Shown here: piece after piece, positions 19,775 to 31,133 of the stretch
Layout of the letters: each line of letters begins with the position of its first letter
How positions within the stretch are numbered: the first letter of the stretch is position 1
Program-made: the position numbers and the translations under genes
The notes under the pieces: model-generated
Told to the model about the DNA's origin: nothing
The model's input: the letters and a program-made list of their open reading frames with translations, nothing else
Database searches by the model: none
Assembly (NCBI GenBank): GCA_964640435.1
Contig: CAZXFJ010000001.1
Location: 64,542 to 128,541, forward strand
Length of the DNA: 64,000 nucleotides
Direction: 5' to 3'
DNA from: an uncultured Gammaproteobacteria bacterium
GTDB taxonomy: Bacteria > Patescibacteriota > Microgenomatia > Levybacterales > GWA1-39-11

Positions 19775-20719
19775 ATGAAGAGACTTACAACAGTAATAAT
19801 TTTACTGCTCGTACTTATCACCGCTGGCTTTTTCTACTGGACTTCCGGAAATCAAGCTGTAAATCCTAAGGATAAATCAAACAAAATTTTTGTGATTAAT
19901 CGTGGTGAAGCAGTCCGTGAAATTGGTAATAGTCTCAAAAAAGAAGGATTAATTCGTGACCCTGTTGTTTTCTTCTTATACATAAAGATGAATGGTAAGG
20001 ACAAAAATATTCAAGCAGGAGACTACAAGCTTTCCCCATCAATGAATCTTGCTCAAGTAATTGAAGCGATGCAGCATGGAAGTCTTGATATATGGGTTAC
20101 AGTTCCTGAAGGTTTAAGAGCGGAAGAAATTGCAGATATTTTAAAGGAAAATATTCCTTCATATGATGAAAGCTGGAGGCCAATCTTAGTTGAAAATGAA
20201 GGTTATTTATTCCCAGACACGTATTTAATTCCCAGAGATGCAACAGTTGAGCAGGTTGTAACGATGATGAAAAACAACTTGGCAAATAAGCTTAAAGATT
20301 CAAATATAACTATTGACGATCCTCGTATGCTAAGAGCTCTTACCATGGCTTCACTCATTGAGCGTGAGGCAATTACAAATGAAGAAAAGCCTCTTATTGC
20401 TGGAGTTATTAATAACAGGCTTTCATTGGGTATGCCTCTTCAGATTGATGCATCAATTCAATATGCAAAGGGAAATAAGAGCAAGTGGTGGCCTCAGGTA
20501 TTTACAGATGACTATAAGAATGTAGTTTCTCCCTATAATACCTATCTTAAGCAAGGTCTTCCTCCGGGACCTATTGCAAATCCAGGTATAACAGCGATTA
20601 ATGCAGCTCTTAATCCACAGGATAATGACTACATATATTATATTCACGATAAGAACAAAGTAATTCATCCAGCAAAGACTATAAACGAACATAATGCGAA
20701 TGTAGAAAAATATTTATAA
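19775..20719 (+). CDS. mltG: Endolytic murein transglycosylase MltG (YceG family)
   Basis: N-terminal TM anchor and a YceG-like domain with a conserved catalytic Glu region (LIEREA). Confidence 0.8.
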   Translation: MKRLTTVIILLLVLITAGFFYWTSGNQAVNPKDKSNKIFVINRGEAVREIGNSLKKEGLIRDPVVFFLYIKMNGKDKNIQAGDYKLSPSMNLAQVIEAMQHGSLDIWVTVPEGLRAEEIADILKENIPSYDESWRPILVENEGYLFPDTYLIPRDATVEQVVTMMKNNLANKLKDSNITIDDPRMLRALTMASLIEREAITNEEKPLIAGVINNRLSLGMPLQIDASIQYAKGNKSKWWPQVFTDDYKNVVSPYNTYLKQGLPPGPIANPGITAINAALNPQDNDYIYYIHDKNKVIHPAKTINEHNANVEKYL

Positions 20720-20727
20720 ATTGGGTG

Positions 20728-20756
20728 TTGACAAATAGATGGATATAAGATATAAA
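20728..20756 (+). promoter_or_regulatory. Sigma70-like promoter for rpoBC: TTGACA, 17-nt spacer, TATAAA
   Basis: TTGACA at 20728-20733 and TATAAA at 20751-20756, with an exact 17-nt spacer. Confidence 0.55.
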
Positions 20757-20775
20757 TAATCCCAACCTAAATCGT

Positions 20776-20807
20776 GGGGGGAGTTAAGAACTTCCTTCCC
20801 TTTTTTT
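20776..20807 (+). terminator. Leader hairpin (GGGGGAG...CTTCCTTCCC) followed by T7 in the rpoB 5' leader; candidate attenuator
   Basis: G/C-rich imperfect stem followed by TTTTTTT, located between the promoter and the rpoB ATG (20844). Confidence 0.35.
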
Positions 20808-20843
20808 GTTAAAATTTCGGCACTCTTCTAGAAATTATTTCAG

Positions 20844-23800
20844 ATGGCAAAAAACATAGGCAGTAATAAACAATATTGGGGTAAAGAGTCAAAATCTTTA
20901 CCGGAATTTGATCTGTTATCCATACAGAAGGCTTCTTATAAGTGGTTTATTGAAGAAGGCATTCGTGAGGTAATCGATGAAATTTCTCCGATTGAGGATT
21001 TCACGGGTAAAAACTGGGAACTTGTTCTTGGTGACTACAAACTTGGTGAACCAAAAATCACAGAAGAAATGGCTCTTGCGAAGGGTCTTACATATTTTAC
21101 TCCTCTAACAGTTGAAGCAACTCTCGTAAACAAAAAATCAGGTAAAAATGTTAAGCAAAATGTTTTCCTAGGTGAAGTGCCTAAGATGACTGACCGTGGA
21201 ACATTTATTGTTAACGGTATTGAACGTGTTATCGTTGGGCAAATAGTTCGATCTCCTGGAGTTTTCTTCACAGCAGCAGAAGATCCAATAACAGGTAGAA
21301 CCCTTTACACAGCCGAAATGAGACCAGTTCATGGTTCATGGCTTGAATTCTCAACAACAAGAACAGACATGGTTGTTGTTAGAATTGACCGCAGAAAGAA
21401 GTTTTTAGCTTCAGTTTTCTTAAAAGCTCTTGGAATTGATACAAATGAAGAAATTTATGAAAAATTCAAGGGAATTGATGGAGCAGAAAACTACATTAAA
21501 AACACAATTGAAAAAGACGAAACTCGTGGAGCAACTGACGCATTAATCGAAATCTTCAAGAAAATGAACCCAGGAGAGCCAGTCGTTATTGACACAATCC
21601 GTCAAAACTTCCGTGATTCATTCTTTGACAGACGTCGTTATGACCTTTCACGTGTAGGTCGTTACAAAGTTAACAAAAAGCTTGCTAATATCTCAAATTT
21701 TGAGGCTCAAGATGCGTTAACACTCACTATTAATGATGTTATTGGAATAATTTCATACCTAGTTCAGCTTGCTAACGGAAAGGGTAAGATTGATGATATT
21801 GATCATCTTGCAAACAGACGTATCCGCTCAGTTGGAGAACTTGTTCAAACAACAGCATTTAGAGTTGGAGCATTAAGACTTGAAAGAATAATTAAAGAGA
21901 AAATGTCTCTTGCATCAACTGAGGAGCAATTCTCACCAAGCCACTTTATTAATGCTCACCCAATAATTGCTGCTATTAATGAATTCTTTAGAACAAGCCA
22001 GCTTTCAGCTATTCTTGATCAAACAAACCCACTTTCAGAAATTGACAATATTCGCCGCTTGACTGTTATGGGAACAGGTGGAATTTCACGTGAGCGTGCT
22101 TCATTTTCAATCCGTGATATTAATGCTTCACAATACTCAAGAATTTGTCCTGTTAGAAGCCCTGAAGGTCCAAACATTGGACTTGTTACATATCTTGCGC
22201 TTTACGCAAGAGTTAACGAATATGGATTTCTAGAAGCTCCATATAAAAAGGTAGCAGCTGAAGGTAAAAAGCTTCGCGTAACAGACGAAATTGTATATCT
22301 TGATGCAGAAAATGAGATGGAAGCATACATTACTCACGCTGATATTAAAGTTGACGAAAAGGGTTACATTGTGGATGATCTAGTTCCAGCTCGTTACAAC
22401 GGAGAATACCTTGAAGTTGAAAAAGAGAAAATCCAATACATTGATGTTATTCCACGCCAGGTTGTTGGAACAAGTGCTGCTTTAATTCCATTTATTGACC
22501 ACGACGAAGCAAACCGTGCACTTATGGGAACTCACATGCAATGTCAGGCTGTTCCTTTAATTAAAGCAGAAGCTCCAGTTATTGGAACAGGTATGGAAGA
22601 AATGGTTTCAAAAGCTTTAGGTCGTGTTATTACAGCTCCATTTGATGGAACTGTTGAGTTTGTTGATGCAAACAAGGTTACTATTAAAGATGGAAGAAAC
22701 GAAGAAACATTTAAGATTAATAAATTTAAGAGAACTTCAAACAACACATTATTTAACCAAAGACCAATTGTAACAGTTGGACAAAAAGTTAAAAAAGGCG
22801 ACATTTTAATTGATGGTCCAGCCTCACAAGAAGGAGAACTTGCTCTTGGAAAGAACTTAGTTATTGCTTATGCATCATTTGATGGACTTGGATATGAAGA
22901 CGCTATCGTTATCTCAGACAGACTTGTTCAAAGTGACGCATTAACTTCAGTTCATGTTGAGAAATATGAAGCAACTGTTGTTGATACAAAACTTGGAGCT
23001 GAAGAAACAACTCGTGATATTCCAAACGTTGCTGAAGAAGATCTAGCAAATCTTGACGAAGATGGAATCGTAGTTGTTGGATCAGAAGCAAAACCAGGTG
23101 ACATTCTAGTTGGAAAAATTGCTCCAAAAGGTGAAACAGAATTAACAGCCGAAGAAAGACTTTTGAGAGCTATCTTTGGAGAAAAAGCACGTGAAGTTCG
23201 TGACACTTCACTTCGTATGCCACACGGTGAGCATGGAATTGTTACAAATGTTCAAATTCTTGACCGTGAGCGTGGAGATGAGCTCGAGCCAGGAGCAATA
23301 AGAAAAATTCAAATTGAAGTTGCACAAATTCGTCACGTTGTTGTTGGAGATAAACTAGCTGGACGTCATGGAAATAAAGGTGTTATCTCAAAGATAGTTC
23401 CAGATTCAGACATGCCATATCTTGAGGATGGTACACCAGTTGATATTATTATTTCTCCAATCTCAGTGCTTGGGCGTATGAATCTTGGACAGCTTCTTGA
23501 GGCTCATTTAGGACTTGCTGCAAGAAACTTAAATAAAAGAATTGCTCTTCCGGTTTTTGAAAAAATGAATGAAGATCAGTATGTTGATCTTCTAAAAGAA
23601 GCAGGACTTCCTGTAAATGGAAAACAAAAGCTTATTGATGCTCGAACTGGAGAAGCATACGAAAATGATGTTGTTGTTGGAATTGGATACATCATGAAGC
23701 TTATACACATGGTTGAAGATAAAGCACACGCTCGTTCAACTGGACCATACTCACTTGTTACACAACAACCTCTTGGAGGAAAAGCACAAATGGGAGGACA

Positions 23801-24236
23801 GCGTCTAGGAGAGATGGAGGTATGGGCACTTGAAGCACACCGTGCAGCATATACATTGCAAGAAATGTTAACAATTAAATCTGATGATGTATCTGGACGT
23901 GCGAAGGCATTTGAAGCTATAATTAAGAGTGTTGATATTCCAACACCAAGAGTTCCTGAGTCTTTCAAAGTTTTGATTCGTGAGTTACAATCATTATCTC
24001 TTAACATTGTTCCTACTCAAGCAGTTGTAGCAGATGAAACAGAAGATGAAGATACTTCAAGCAAACAAGAAGAGGTTATAAAAGAAGCTAAAGAGCTTCA
24101 AGAAGGACTTGATGCTGTTGGGGTTGAGACAGAAGAAGTTAATAATCCTGAAAGTGATGTAACTGCGGAAGAAATTGTAACAACAGATGCATCAACTGGT
24201 ACTGAAGAGCAAAGTGAGGAGGTAGCTGTTTCCTAA
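20844..24236 (+). CDS. rpoB: DNA-directed RNA polymerase subunit beta
   Basis: 1130 aa. Conserved beta-subunit blocks (GDKLAGRHGNKGV, NADFDGD-adjacent regions) and rifampicin-cluster region. Confidence 0.97.
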   Translation: MAKNIGSNKQYWGKESKSLPEFDLLSIQKASYKWFIEEGIREVIDEISPIEDFTGKNWELVLGDYKLGEPKITEEMALAKGLTYFTPLTVEATLVNKKSGKNVKQNVFLGEVPKMTDRGTFIVNGIERVIVGQIVRSPGVFFTAAEDPITGRTLYTAEMRPVHGSWLEFSTTRTDMVVVRIDRRKKFLASVFLKALGIDTNEEIYEKFKGIDGAENYIKNTIEKDETRGATDALIEIFKKMNPGEPVVIDTIRQNFRDSFFDRRRYDLSRVGRYKVNKKLANISNFEAQDALTLTINDVIGIISYLVQLANGKGKIDDIDHLANRRIRSVGELVQTTAFRVGALRLERIIKEKMSLASTEEQFSPSHFINAHPIIAAINEFFRTSQLSAILDQTNPLSEIDNIRRLTVMGTGGISRERASFSIRDINASQYSRICPVRSPEGPNIGLVTYLALYARVNEYGFLEAPYKKVAAEGKKLRVTDEIVYLDAENEMEAYITHADIKVDEKGYIVDDLVPARYNGEYLEVEKEKIQYIDVIPRQVVGTSAALIPFIDHDEANRALMGTHMQCQAVPLIKAEAPVIGTGMEEMVSKALGRVITAPFDGTVEFVDANKVTIKDGRNEETFKINKFKRTSNNTLFNQRPIVTVGQKVKKGDILIDGPASQEGELALGKNLVIAYASFDGLGYEDAIVISDRLVQSDALTSVHVEKYEATVVDTKLGAEETTRDIPNVAEEDLANLDEDGIVVVGSEAKPGDILVGKIAPKGETELTAEERLLRAIFGEKAREVRDTSLRMPHGEHGIVTNVQILDRERGDELEPGAIRKIQIEVAQIRHVVVGDKLAGRHGNKGVISKIVPDSDMPYLEDGTPVDIIISPISVLGRMNLGQLLEAHLGLAARNLNKRIALPVFEKMNEDQYVDLLKEAGLPVNGKQKLIDARTGEAYENDVVVGIGYIMKLIHMVEDKAHARSTGPYSLVTQQPLGGKAQMGGQRLGEMEVWALEAHRAAYTLQEMLTIKSDDVSGRAKAFEAIIKSVDIPTPRVPESFKVLIRELQSLSLNIVPTQAVVADETEDEDTSSKQEEVIKEAKELQEGLDAVGVETEEVNNPESDVTAEEIVTTDASTGTEEQSEEVAVS

Positions 24237-24248
24237 CAGCAGAAAAAT

Positions 24249-27200
24249 ATGGACGATAATAAAGTAAAAAGACGAGAAGATAAGAAATTTGACGCAATAA
24301 ACATTTCAGACTTTAAAGGTCTTAAGGTTTTAGTTGCTGATGGTGCTGATATAAAAGCTAACTCATATGGTGAGGTTACAAAACCTGAAACAATCAACTA
24401 TAGAACATATAGACCTGAAAAAGATGGACTTTTTGATGAAAGAATCTTTGGACCTACCCGTGACTTTGAATGCTACTGTGGAAAATACAAGAGAATCCGA
24501 TACAAGGGTATCGTTTGTGACCGCTGTGGAGTAGAAGTTACATATTCAAGAGTACGTCGTGAAAGAATGGGTCATATTACTCTTGCATCACCTGCAGTTC
24601 ACATCTGGTTCTCAAAAGGTAGCCCTTCAAAGCTATCAACAATGCTTGATATCCCACAAAAGGAACTTGAATCAGTCATTTACTTTGCTTCATTCTTAGT
24701 TACTGAGATTGATGAAGAAAAACGCAAAGAAGCACAGAAAGAGCTTAATGATGTTAAAAATGACAGAATTGCAAAGCTCAAAGCTCAAGTTGAAGCTGAA
24801 AAAACTGTAATTGATAACGATGAAAAAGCAAAGGTAAAGGATGTTAAAGGAAATCTTTCTGAAGAGCAAAAAACACTAGTTCTTGAAGAAACAGATGTTA
24901 CATTCAGACAAAAAAGAATTGCTCTTGATAAGAGACTTGAAACAGAAGTTTCAAGAACTGAAGAAATCTTCACAAGGGTTGGTGACATTGTTAAAGGTCT
25001 TAAGCTTTGGGATGTTCTTTCTGAAGAAGAATATGTTCGTCTTATTGAATACGAAGTCCCAATATTCTTTGAAGTTGAAACAGGAGCAGCTGCAATTTTG
25101 CACGCGATTGAAAAACTTGACATGCCAAAACTAATTGGTGATCTACGTGTTGAAGTTGAAAAATCATCTGGTCAAAAACAGCTTAAGCTTCTTAAAAGAC
25201 AACACTTAATTGAGTCAATTAATAGAGCAGGATTTAACCCAGCATCACTTGTTTTGAACGTTCTTCCTGTTTTGCCACCAGACTTGCGTCCTATGGTTCA
25301 GCTAAATGGAGGACGTTTTGCTACATCTGATCTTAACGATCTTTACAGAAGAGTTATTAACAGAAACAACCGTTTGAAGCATTTAATCTCACTTGGTGCA
25401 CCTGAAATCATTTTGAGAAATGAAAAAAGAATGCTTCAAGAGTCTGTTGATTACTTAATTGACACTTCAATTAGAACATCACAAACTCAAAAACAATTTA
25501 AGTCACTTTCAGACATCCTTCGTGGAAAACAAGGTCGATTCAGAAAGAATCTTCTTGGAAAACGTGTTGACTACTCAGGACGTTCAGTTATTATCGTTGG
25601 ACCAGAACTTACACTTAACCAATGTGGACTTCCAAAAGAAATGGCATTAGAATTATTCAAGCCATTCGTTATTCGTGAAGTTATCGCACGTGGACTCACT
25701 ACTCCAAACGTTAAGGCTGCAAAGAGATTTATCGAAAGAAGAACACCTGAGATTTTTGATATTTTAGAAGAAATCACAAGAAATCACCCAGTTCTTCTAA
25801 ATCGTGCTCCTACACTTCACAAACTTGGTATTCAAGCGTTCTACCCAGTTTTAGTTGAAGGATCAGCTATTAAAATCCATCCTTGTGTCTGTGCAGGATA
25901 TAACGCTGATTTTGATGGAGACCAAATGGCTATTCACGTTCCTTTGTCTGCAAAAGCACAAGAAGAAGCAGTATCTCTTATGATGCCTGCGCACAACCTT
26001 CTAAAACCAGCTGATGGAACGCCTATTACTCTTCCAAACAAAGAGATGGCTCTTGGTGCATTCTACTTAACAAGCGTTGATGAGAGACTTAGAAAAGAAA
26101 ATATTCCATCATTTGCATCAGCTGAGGAAGCACACTTTGCATTCTCACTTAAAAAGATTGCTCTTCGTGAGCCAATTAGTGTTCGAATTGATGGAAAAAT
26201 CTTTGAAACAACAATTGGAAGAATAATCTTTAACGAAAGACTTCCAAAAGATATGAGATTTGTAAACTCAGAAATTAAAGCTTCAACTATTAAAGAGCTT
26301 GTTACAAAGGCTATGGTTTCAGTATCTGAAGCAGAAGTTGCAAACCTTATTGATAACTTGAAAGAAGTTGGATTCTATGCAGCAACTCTATCAGGTATTT
26401 CTGTTTCAACATTCGACTTAAAGCGTCTATCCGACAAAGATCGCTTAATTGATGAAGCAGAGAAAAAAATTAAAGAGATTGATTCAGAATATCAAAACGG
26501 TCTTATCACAAACGCAGAACGTCGAAGACTTTCAAACAATGTGTGGCTTGATGTAACAGAAAAGATGGCAAACCTTACATGGGAACTATTTGATAAGAAT
26601 GATATTGTCCGTATCATTGCTGAATCAGGAGGAGCACGTGCTGGAAAAGATCAAATCAAACAGCTTGCTGCTATGCGTGGTCTTATTTATGATCCAATGG
26701 GACGCATCGTTGAGCTTCCTATTAAATCAAACTTTAGAGAAGGTCTTTCAATCTTTGAATACGTGAACTCTGCTCGTGGATCACGTAAAGGACTTACCGA
26801 CTCAGCTTTGAAAACAGCTGACGCAGGATATCTAACACGACGTCTTGTTGACGTAGCACACGATGTTATTATTCGTGAAGGTGACTGTGGAACAGAAGAA
26901 GGAATTCTTGTACCAATGGATAAGCGTGACAATGAAGTACATCTTTCAAGTATGCTTCTTGGACGTGTGGCTCTTAAAGATATCGTAAGCAAGAAAAACA
27001 AGAAAACAATTGTTAAAAAAGGTGAAGAAATTGACTTTGAAAAGTATGCTGAGATTATGAAAGATGACTCAATTCTTGAAATTTCAGTACGCTCTCCATT
27101 GTTCTGTCGTTTGCGTTATGGTCTTTGTGCAGCATGTTACGGATGGGATCTCTCAGCTTACAGAAGAGCTGATGAAGGAACACCAGTTGGAGTTATAGCA

Positions 27201-28049
27201 GCTCAATCTATCGGAGAGCCTGGAACACAGCTTACAATGCGTGTTCGTCACTTTGGAGGAGTTGTTATGTCTGACGTTACACAAGGTCTTCCACGTGTTG
27301 AAGAACTCTTTGAGGTACGTCGTCCAAAGACTTTGGCTCCAATTGCTGAAATTGGTGGAAAAGTACAGGTTAACAAAGTTGAAGATGGATACATCATAAG
27401 ACTTCGAAACACAAAGGCAAAGCCTGTTGAAGAGCGTGAGTACTTTGTACCACTTACATCAACTCTTCTTGTTGAAGAGGGAGACACAGTAAATGCGGGA
27501 ACACAGCTTTGTGAAGGATATCTTGATCCAAGAGATGTTCTTAAGATTTCAGGACTAAGATCAGCACAGCAATACTTAATCGACCAAATTCAAAATGTTT
27601 ATGAATCACAAGGAATTGCAATTCACTTCAAGCACTTTGAAACAATCGTTCGAAAGATGTCTGATAAGGTTATGATTGAGACACCAGGTGACACAACTCT
27701 TATGCCTGGAGATCTTATCTCAAAGCTTCGTTTTGAAGAAGAGAATGCAAACATTATTACTGAAGGTGGAGAACCAGCTTCAGCTCGTGAGATCATTCTT
27801 GGAGTTACAAAGGCTTCACTTGTTACAGATTCATGGCTATCAGCATCATCATTCCAAGAAACAACTCAGGTTTTGACAGATGCAGCTCTTGAAGGACGTG
27901 TCGATAACCTAATTGGTCTTAAAGAAAACGTTATCGTAGGTCGTCTTATTCCAGTTCGTGGTGAATTCATGGAGGGAAACATTATTAAAGAAGCGTCAAT
28001 GCAAGAGAATGTGATTCCTGCGCAAGCTCCAGTAACTGCTGCTGAATAA
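24249..28049 (+). CDS. rpoC: DNA-directed RNA polymerase subunit beta'
   Basis: 1266 aa. Zn finger [23 protein letters not shown] and catalytic NADFDGD. Confidence 0.97.
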   Translation: MDDNKVKRREDKKFDAINISDFKGLKVLVADGADIKANSYGEVTKPETINYRTYRPEKDGLFDERIFGPTRDFECYCGKYKRIRYKGIVCDRCGVEVTYSRVRRERMGHITLASPAVHIWFSKGSPSKLSTMLDIPQKELESVIYFASFLVTEIDEEKRKEAQKELNDVKNDRIAKLKAQVEAEKTVIDNDEKAKVKDVKGNLSEEQKTLVLEETDVTFRQKRIALDKRLETEVSRTEEIFTRVGDIVKGLKLWDVLSEEEYVRLIEYEVPIFFEVETGAAAILHAIEKLDMPKLIGDLRVEVEKSSGQKQLKLLKRQHLIESINRAGFNPASLVLNVLPVLPPDLRPMVQLNGGRFATSDLNDLYRRVINRNNRLKHLISLGAPEIILRNEKRMLQESVDYLIDTSIRTSQTQKQFKSLSDILRGKQGRFRKNLLGKRVDYSGRSVIIVGPELTLNQCGLPKEMALELFKPFVIREVIARGLTTPNVKAAKRFIERRTPEIFDILEEITRNHPVLLNRAPTLHKLGIQAFYPVLVEGSAIKIHPCVCAGYNADFDGDQMAIHVPLSAKAQEEAVSLMMPAHNLLKPADGTPITLPNKEMALGAFYLTSVDERLRKENIPSFASAEEAHFAFSLKKIALREPISVRIDGKIFETTIGRIIFNERLPKDMRFVNSEIKASTIKELVTKAMVSVSEAEVANLIDNLKEVGFYAATLSGISVSTFDLKRLSDKDRLIDEAEKKIKEIDSEYQNGLITNAERRRLSNNVWLDVTEKMANLTWELFDKNDIVRIIAESGGARAGKDQIKQLAAMRGLIYDPMGRIVELPIKSNFREGLSIFEYVNSARGSRKGLTDSALKTADAGYLTRRLVDVAHDVIIREGDCGTEEGILVPMDKRDNEVHLSSMLLGRVALKDIVSKKNKKTIVKKGEEIDFEKYAEIMKDDSILEISVRSPLFCRLRYGLCAACYGWDLSAYRRADEGTPVGVIAAQSIGEPGTQLTMRVRHFGGVVMSDVTQGLPRVEELFEVRRPKTLAPIAEIGGKVQVNKVEDGYIIRLRNTKAKPVEEREYFVPLTSTLLVEEGDTVNAGTQLCEGYLDPRDVLKISGLRSAQQYLIDQIQNVYESQGIAIHFKHFETIVRKMSDKVMIETPGDTTLMPGDLISKLRFEEENANIITEGGEPASAREIILGVTKASLVTDSWLSASSFQETTQVLTDAALEGRVDNLIGLKENVIVGRLIPVRGEFMEGNIIKEASMQENVIPAQAPVTAAE

Positions 28050-28069
28050 TCCCTTTAACTGATTCCCGC

Positions 28070-28098
28070 TGGAATTTGAGCACGATTTATAGTAGAAT
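28070..28098 (+). promoter_or_regulatory. Candidate rpsL promoter TGGAAT-17-TAGAAT with a TTGAGCACGA element at the start of the spacer; very short leader
   Basis: Hexamers at 28070-28075 and 28093-28098. The spacer begins TTGAGCACGA, identical to the rplC leader promoter spacer. Confidence 0.4.
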
Positions 28099-28108
28099 AT
28101 ACAAACTT

Positions 28109-28531
28109 ATGCCAACACTTAACCAATTAATTAAAAACGGCCGAAGCAAAAAGAGTAAAAAAGTTAAAGCAACAGGATTGCGTACTATTTTTAATGCTAA
28201 AGAGCGCAAGTACACATTAGTTCCTTCTCCTCAAAAACGTGGGGTTGTAACTCTTGTTCGTACAATGACTCCTAAAAAGCCAAACTCAGCTCTTCGTAAA
28301 GTTGCTCGTGTTAAGCTTTCAAACAGAGAAGAAGTTACAGCATATATTCAAGGAATTGGACACAACTTAGCAGAGCACGGAATCGTTTTGGTTCGTGGTG
28401 GTCGTGTTAAGGATTTACCAGGAGTTAAATATCACCTAGTTCGTGGTAAGTTTGATTTAGCTGGAGTAGAAACAAGAAGAAGCTCAAGAAGCCGATACGG
28501 TACAAAGAGACCACAGGCTCAAAACGCATAA
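28109..28531 (+). CDS. rpsL: 30S ribosomal protein S12
   Basis: [12 protein letters not shown]... canonical S12 N-terminus. The ORF-track start at 28076 is rejected in favour of the internal ATG. Confidence 0.95.
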   Translation: MPTLNQLIKNGRSKKSKKVKATGLRTIFNAKERKYTLVPSPQKRGVVTLVRTMTPKKPNSALRKVARVKLSNREEVTAYIQGIGHNLAEHGIVLVRGGRVKDLPGVKYHLVRGKFDLAGVETRRSSRSRYGTKRPQAQNA

Positions 28532-28535
28532 TAAT

Positions 28536-29012
28536 ATGGCAAGAGGTGGATCAAAATACAAAAAAAGAATTATTGAAGGCGATCCAGTTTATGGAAGCGT
28601 CCTCGTTACCATGTTTACAAATCGTCTAATGATAGATGGTAAAAAAACTGTTGCACAACGTGTTGTTTATGATGCAATGGAAAAACTCAAAAATGAAGGA
28701 AATCCTCTAGAAATTTTTGAAAGAGCTCTTGATTCTGTAGGACCAAAGGTTGAAGTTAAAGCTCGTCGTATTGGAGGAGCAGCATACCAAGTTCCACAAG
28801 AAGTTCGCGGCGCAAGAAAAACAGCTCTTGCTATTCGATGGATTCTCGAAGCAAGCAAAAAGCGCCCAACAGCAGAATTTAAAACAATGGCAGACAAGCT
28901 AGCAGCAGAACTTCTCGCAGCAACTAAAAATGAAGGTGAAGCTATTAAAAAGCGTGATGTAGCACACCGTATGGCTGAAGCAAACAAAGCATTCTCACAC
29001 TTCCGTTGGTAA
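28536..29012 (+). CDS. rpsG: 30S ribosomal protein S7
   Basis: Follows rpsL in str-operon order. S7 family sequence. Confidence 0.95.
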   Translation: MARGGSKYKKRIIEGDPVYGSVLVTMFTNRLMIDGKKTVAQRVVYDAMEKLKNEGNPLEIFERALDSVGPKVEVKARRIGGAAYQVPQEVRGARKTALAIRWILEASKKRPTAEFKTMADKLAAELLAATKNEGEAIKKRDVAHRMAEANKAFSHFRW

Positions 29013-29046
29013 ACTACATTTAATCTTCTAGGTTTTATTCAATTTT

Positions 29047-29496
29047 ATGGATATAGTTCAATCACTATTCGTTGCTGGTTTTGGTGCTTTTTCTTTCTCA
29101 GGGTTTTTACTTGGGGTTAAAAACTGTGTCAAAAAGAAGAATCCTTACGGCTTAACGAGAAAATATAATATTATTGGTTCATTTGTTTGGGCAGATGCTG
29201 TTGTATTTGGTCTATTTTGGGTCATAATGAGCATTATTTCGTTACTTTTAAGTGACTTCCTACTATTCCTACTCACTCAATCCGTTTTCTGGCTAGTTCG
29301 TTCAATTGGAGAAACTATTTATTGGTTTAATCAACAATTTGCTATGAAGAACAGAAATCCTGCTCATACTCTTTGGATTTCAAGATATTTTCCAGGAGAT
29401 TCTGTTTGGGTTGCAATGCAAATCTTTTGGCAATGCATAGCGGTTTTGACTACGGTTTCTACCCTGTATCTTGCTAAAATCTTCTTTAAAATTTAG
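29047..29496 (+). CDS. Hypothetical polytopic membrane protein (about 4 TM)
   Basis: Hydrophobic segments with a Trp-rich C-terminal half. No recognisable family. Confidence 0.4.
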   Translation: MDIVQSLFVAGFGAFSFSGFLLGVKNCVKKKNPYGLTRKYNIIGSFVWADAVVFGLFWVIMSIISLLLSDFLLFLLTQSVFWLVRSIGETIYWFNQQFAMKNRNPAHTLWISRYFPGDSVWVAMQIFWQCIAVLTTVSTLYLAKIFFKI

Positions 29497-29519
29497 TAAA
29501 GTGTGGTAGTATAAGTTTT

Positions 29520-30179
29520 ATGGAAAATATACGTTGGTATGGCCATGCTAGCTTTGCAATAACAGATCAGAATGGTAAAAAAATATACTTCATAGATCCA
29601 TTTCATCTTCCTGAAAATATAGATGAAAAAGCAGATATAATTTTTGTTACTCATGCACATCACGATCACTTATCGGAAGGTGATATTGATCTTCTTCTAA
29701 AGTCTACAACGATGGTTGTGGCAACTCCTGATTCTTTGGCTACTTTAAAAATTGAAGACTCTCAAAAGTTTCCTGTTGAACCAAATAAAGAATATGAGAT
29801 TGAAGGAGTCAAGTTTGAAACAGTTCCTGCATATAATGTTGATCGTGAGAAGCAAAATTTTCATCCAAAATCTAATAATTGGGTAGGGTACCTACTAAAT
29901 GTGAATGGGATGAAGATATATCACGCTGGAGATTGTGATTTTATGCCTGAGATGCGTGAATTTGCCTCAAAAGAGCTTGATATTGCCATGTTGCCCATGG
30001 GAGGTACATATACAATGAATGTTGATGAAATGATTGAAGCAGCAAATGTTATAGGGGCAAAAACAACCATTCCAATGCATTACAGAGGACTTCTTAAAGA
30101 TAAGTCACAAGAGGCAGAAGAAAAGTTAAAAAAAGGAGTTGTAAATTCTACTGTTTTAATCCTTGATGAGGTTGCGTAA
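29520..30179 (+). CDS. MBL-fold metallo-hydrolase (UPF0173/COG2220-like)
   Basis: Metal-binding HxHxDH variant (VTHAHHDH) and downstream His/Asp ligands. Confidence 0.65.
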   Translation: MENIRWYGHASFAITDQNGKKIYFIDPFHLPENIDEKADIIFVTHAHHDHLSEGDIDLLLKSTTMVVATPDSLATLKIEDSQKFPVEPNKEYEIEGVKFETVPAYNVDREKQNFHPKSNNWVGYLLNVNGMKIYHAGDCDFMPEMREFASKELDIAMLPMGGTYTMNVDEMIEAANVIGAKTTIPMHYRGLLKDKSQEAEEKLKKGVVNSTVLILDEVA

Positions 30180-30181
30180 GT

Positions 30182-30811
30182 CTATTGAACGTCGATTCCT
30201 AATATTTTAGTTCCAGGGGTTATCTGATTTACAATATCCATTCCACTTGTTACTTTACCGAAGATTGTATATGCAGGATCCAGTGGAGTATCTTTCTTAA
30301 TAATGAAGAATTGGCTTCCATTAGTATTAGGTCCACGGTTTGCCATAGCAAGAGTTCCTTCTACGTATCCTGCTTTATATAGATCGTTATTCGGGTCAAT
30401 TTCATCTTCAAAGGTTGCTCCATAAATTGATTGTCCTCCTGCGCCTGTTCCTTCAGGATCTCCCCCTTGAATTACCCAAGATTCAACTCTGTGGAAAGAA
30501 TTATTGTTGTAGTAGCCTTCTTTTGCAAGAGTTGCAAAGTTTGTGACTGTTTTTGCAGCAACTGAAGCGTATAGGTCAACCTCAATATTTCCCTTTGCGG
30601 TCTTGATTGTTGCTTTATCTGCAGAAATTCTTTGAGTTTCAGGAACTGTTGGGACAGGGGAAGGTGGGGTAAGAGTTACCTGTGGAGTAGGCGATGGGCT
30701 TAAAAAATTGTATGCGTCAGGTGCTAAATTTCCTGTGTTTTGTCTAAATAACATAAATACTCCTATTATTCCTAGAACAACAATGGCTATGAAAATCACT
30801 GCCGTTTTCAT
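30182..30811 (-). CDS. Cyclophilin-type peptidyl-prolyl cis-trans isomerase, membrane-anchored
   Basis: N-terminal TM helix, Pro/Thr linker, and cyclophilin core (FHRVESWVIQGGDPEGTGAGGQSIYG). Confidence 0.85.
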   Translation of the reverse strand: MKTAVIFIAIVVLGIIGVFMLFRQNTGNLAPDAYNFLSPSPTPQVTLTPPSPVPTVPETQRISADKATIKTAKGNIEVDLYASVAAKTVTNFATLAKEGYYNNNSFHRVESWVIQGGDPEGTGAGGQSIYGATFEDEIDPNNDLYKAGYVEGTLAMANRGPNTNGSQFFIIKKDTPLDPAYTIFGKVTSGMDIVNQITPGTKILGIDVQ

Positions 30812-30896
30812 TTTTTAGATTGTAGATAAATGTATTAAAAAATTCAACCCCATATTCAGTAGATATATTCAATTTAGGCTGTTAAATTGATATAAT

Positions 30897-31133
30897 TTGG
30901 TAATGAAGAGAGGTCCAGAATTTTCAAATCCAGCACAAAAAGCGGAAACTGTTAGTTATTATATTGCCAATTTAAGAAATCTGGTTGATATAAGAGGTTT
31001 AATTGATCCAGAAAATGATCCTGAAAAAGCACGTCAAGTTCATCGTGCTGTAGAGACAAGATCAATAGAGCTTGCAAGACTTGGGAAAAAAGATATAGTT
31101 CATGAGATTCGCGGTAGAAAGATATATAAATAG
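30897..31133 (+). CDS. Small hypothetical protein (78 aa)
   Basis: ORF with an upstream extended -10 like element (TGATATAAT). No family recognised. Confidence 0.3.
   Translation: MVMKRGPEFSNPAQKAETVSYYIANLRNLVDIRGLIDPENDPEKARQVHRAVETRSIELARLGKKDIVHEIRGRKIYK

Noticed and set aside
21035-27487. Numerous 60-140-aa ORFs on the minus strand inside rpoB and rpoC (e.g. 21035-21271, 22544-22804, 23576-24007, 24785-25123, 26687-27001)
   Set aside because: They lie entirely antisense within strongly conserved long genes. They are low-complexity (S/T/R-rich) translations with no start context. Such ORFs are expected by chance in long AT-rich CDSs.
28076-28108. ORF-track 5' extensions (rpsL from 28076, rplV from 52407, rplX from 54870, rplO from 57850, rpoA from 62555, nth from 6040)
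   Set aside because: The extensions overlap upstream genes and add non-conserved residues. Internal ATGs give canonical N-termini (MPTLNQL, MEYIAIAK, MRIKTGD, MELHKLT, MANLNFK, MDKKTK).
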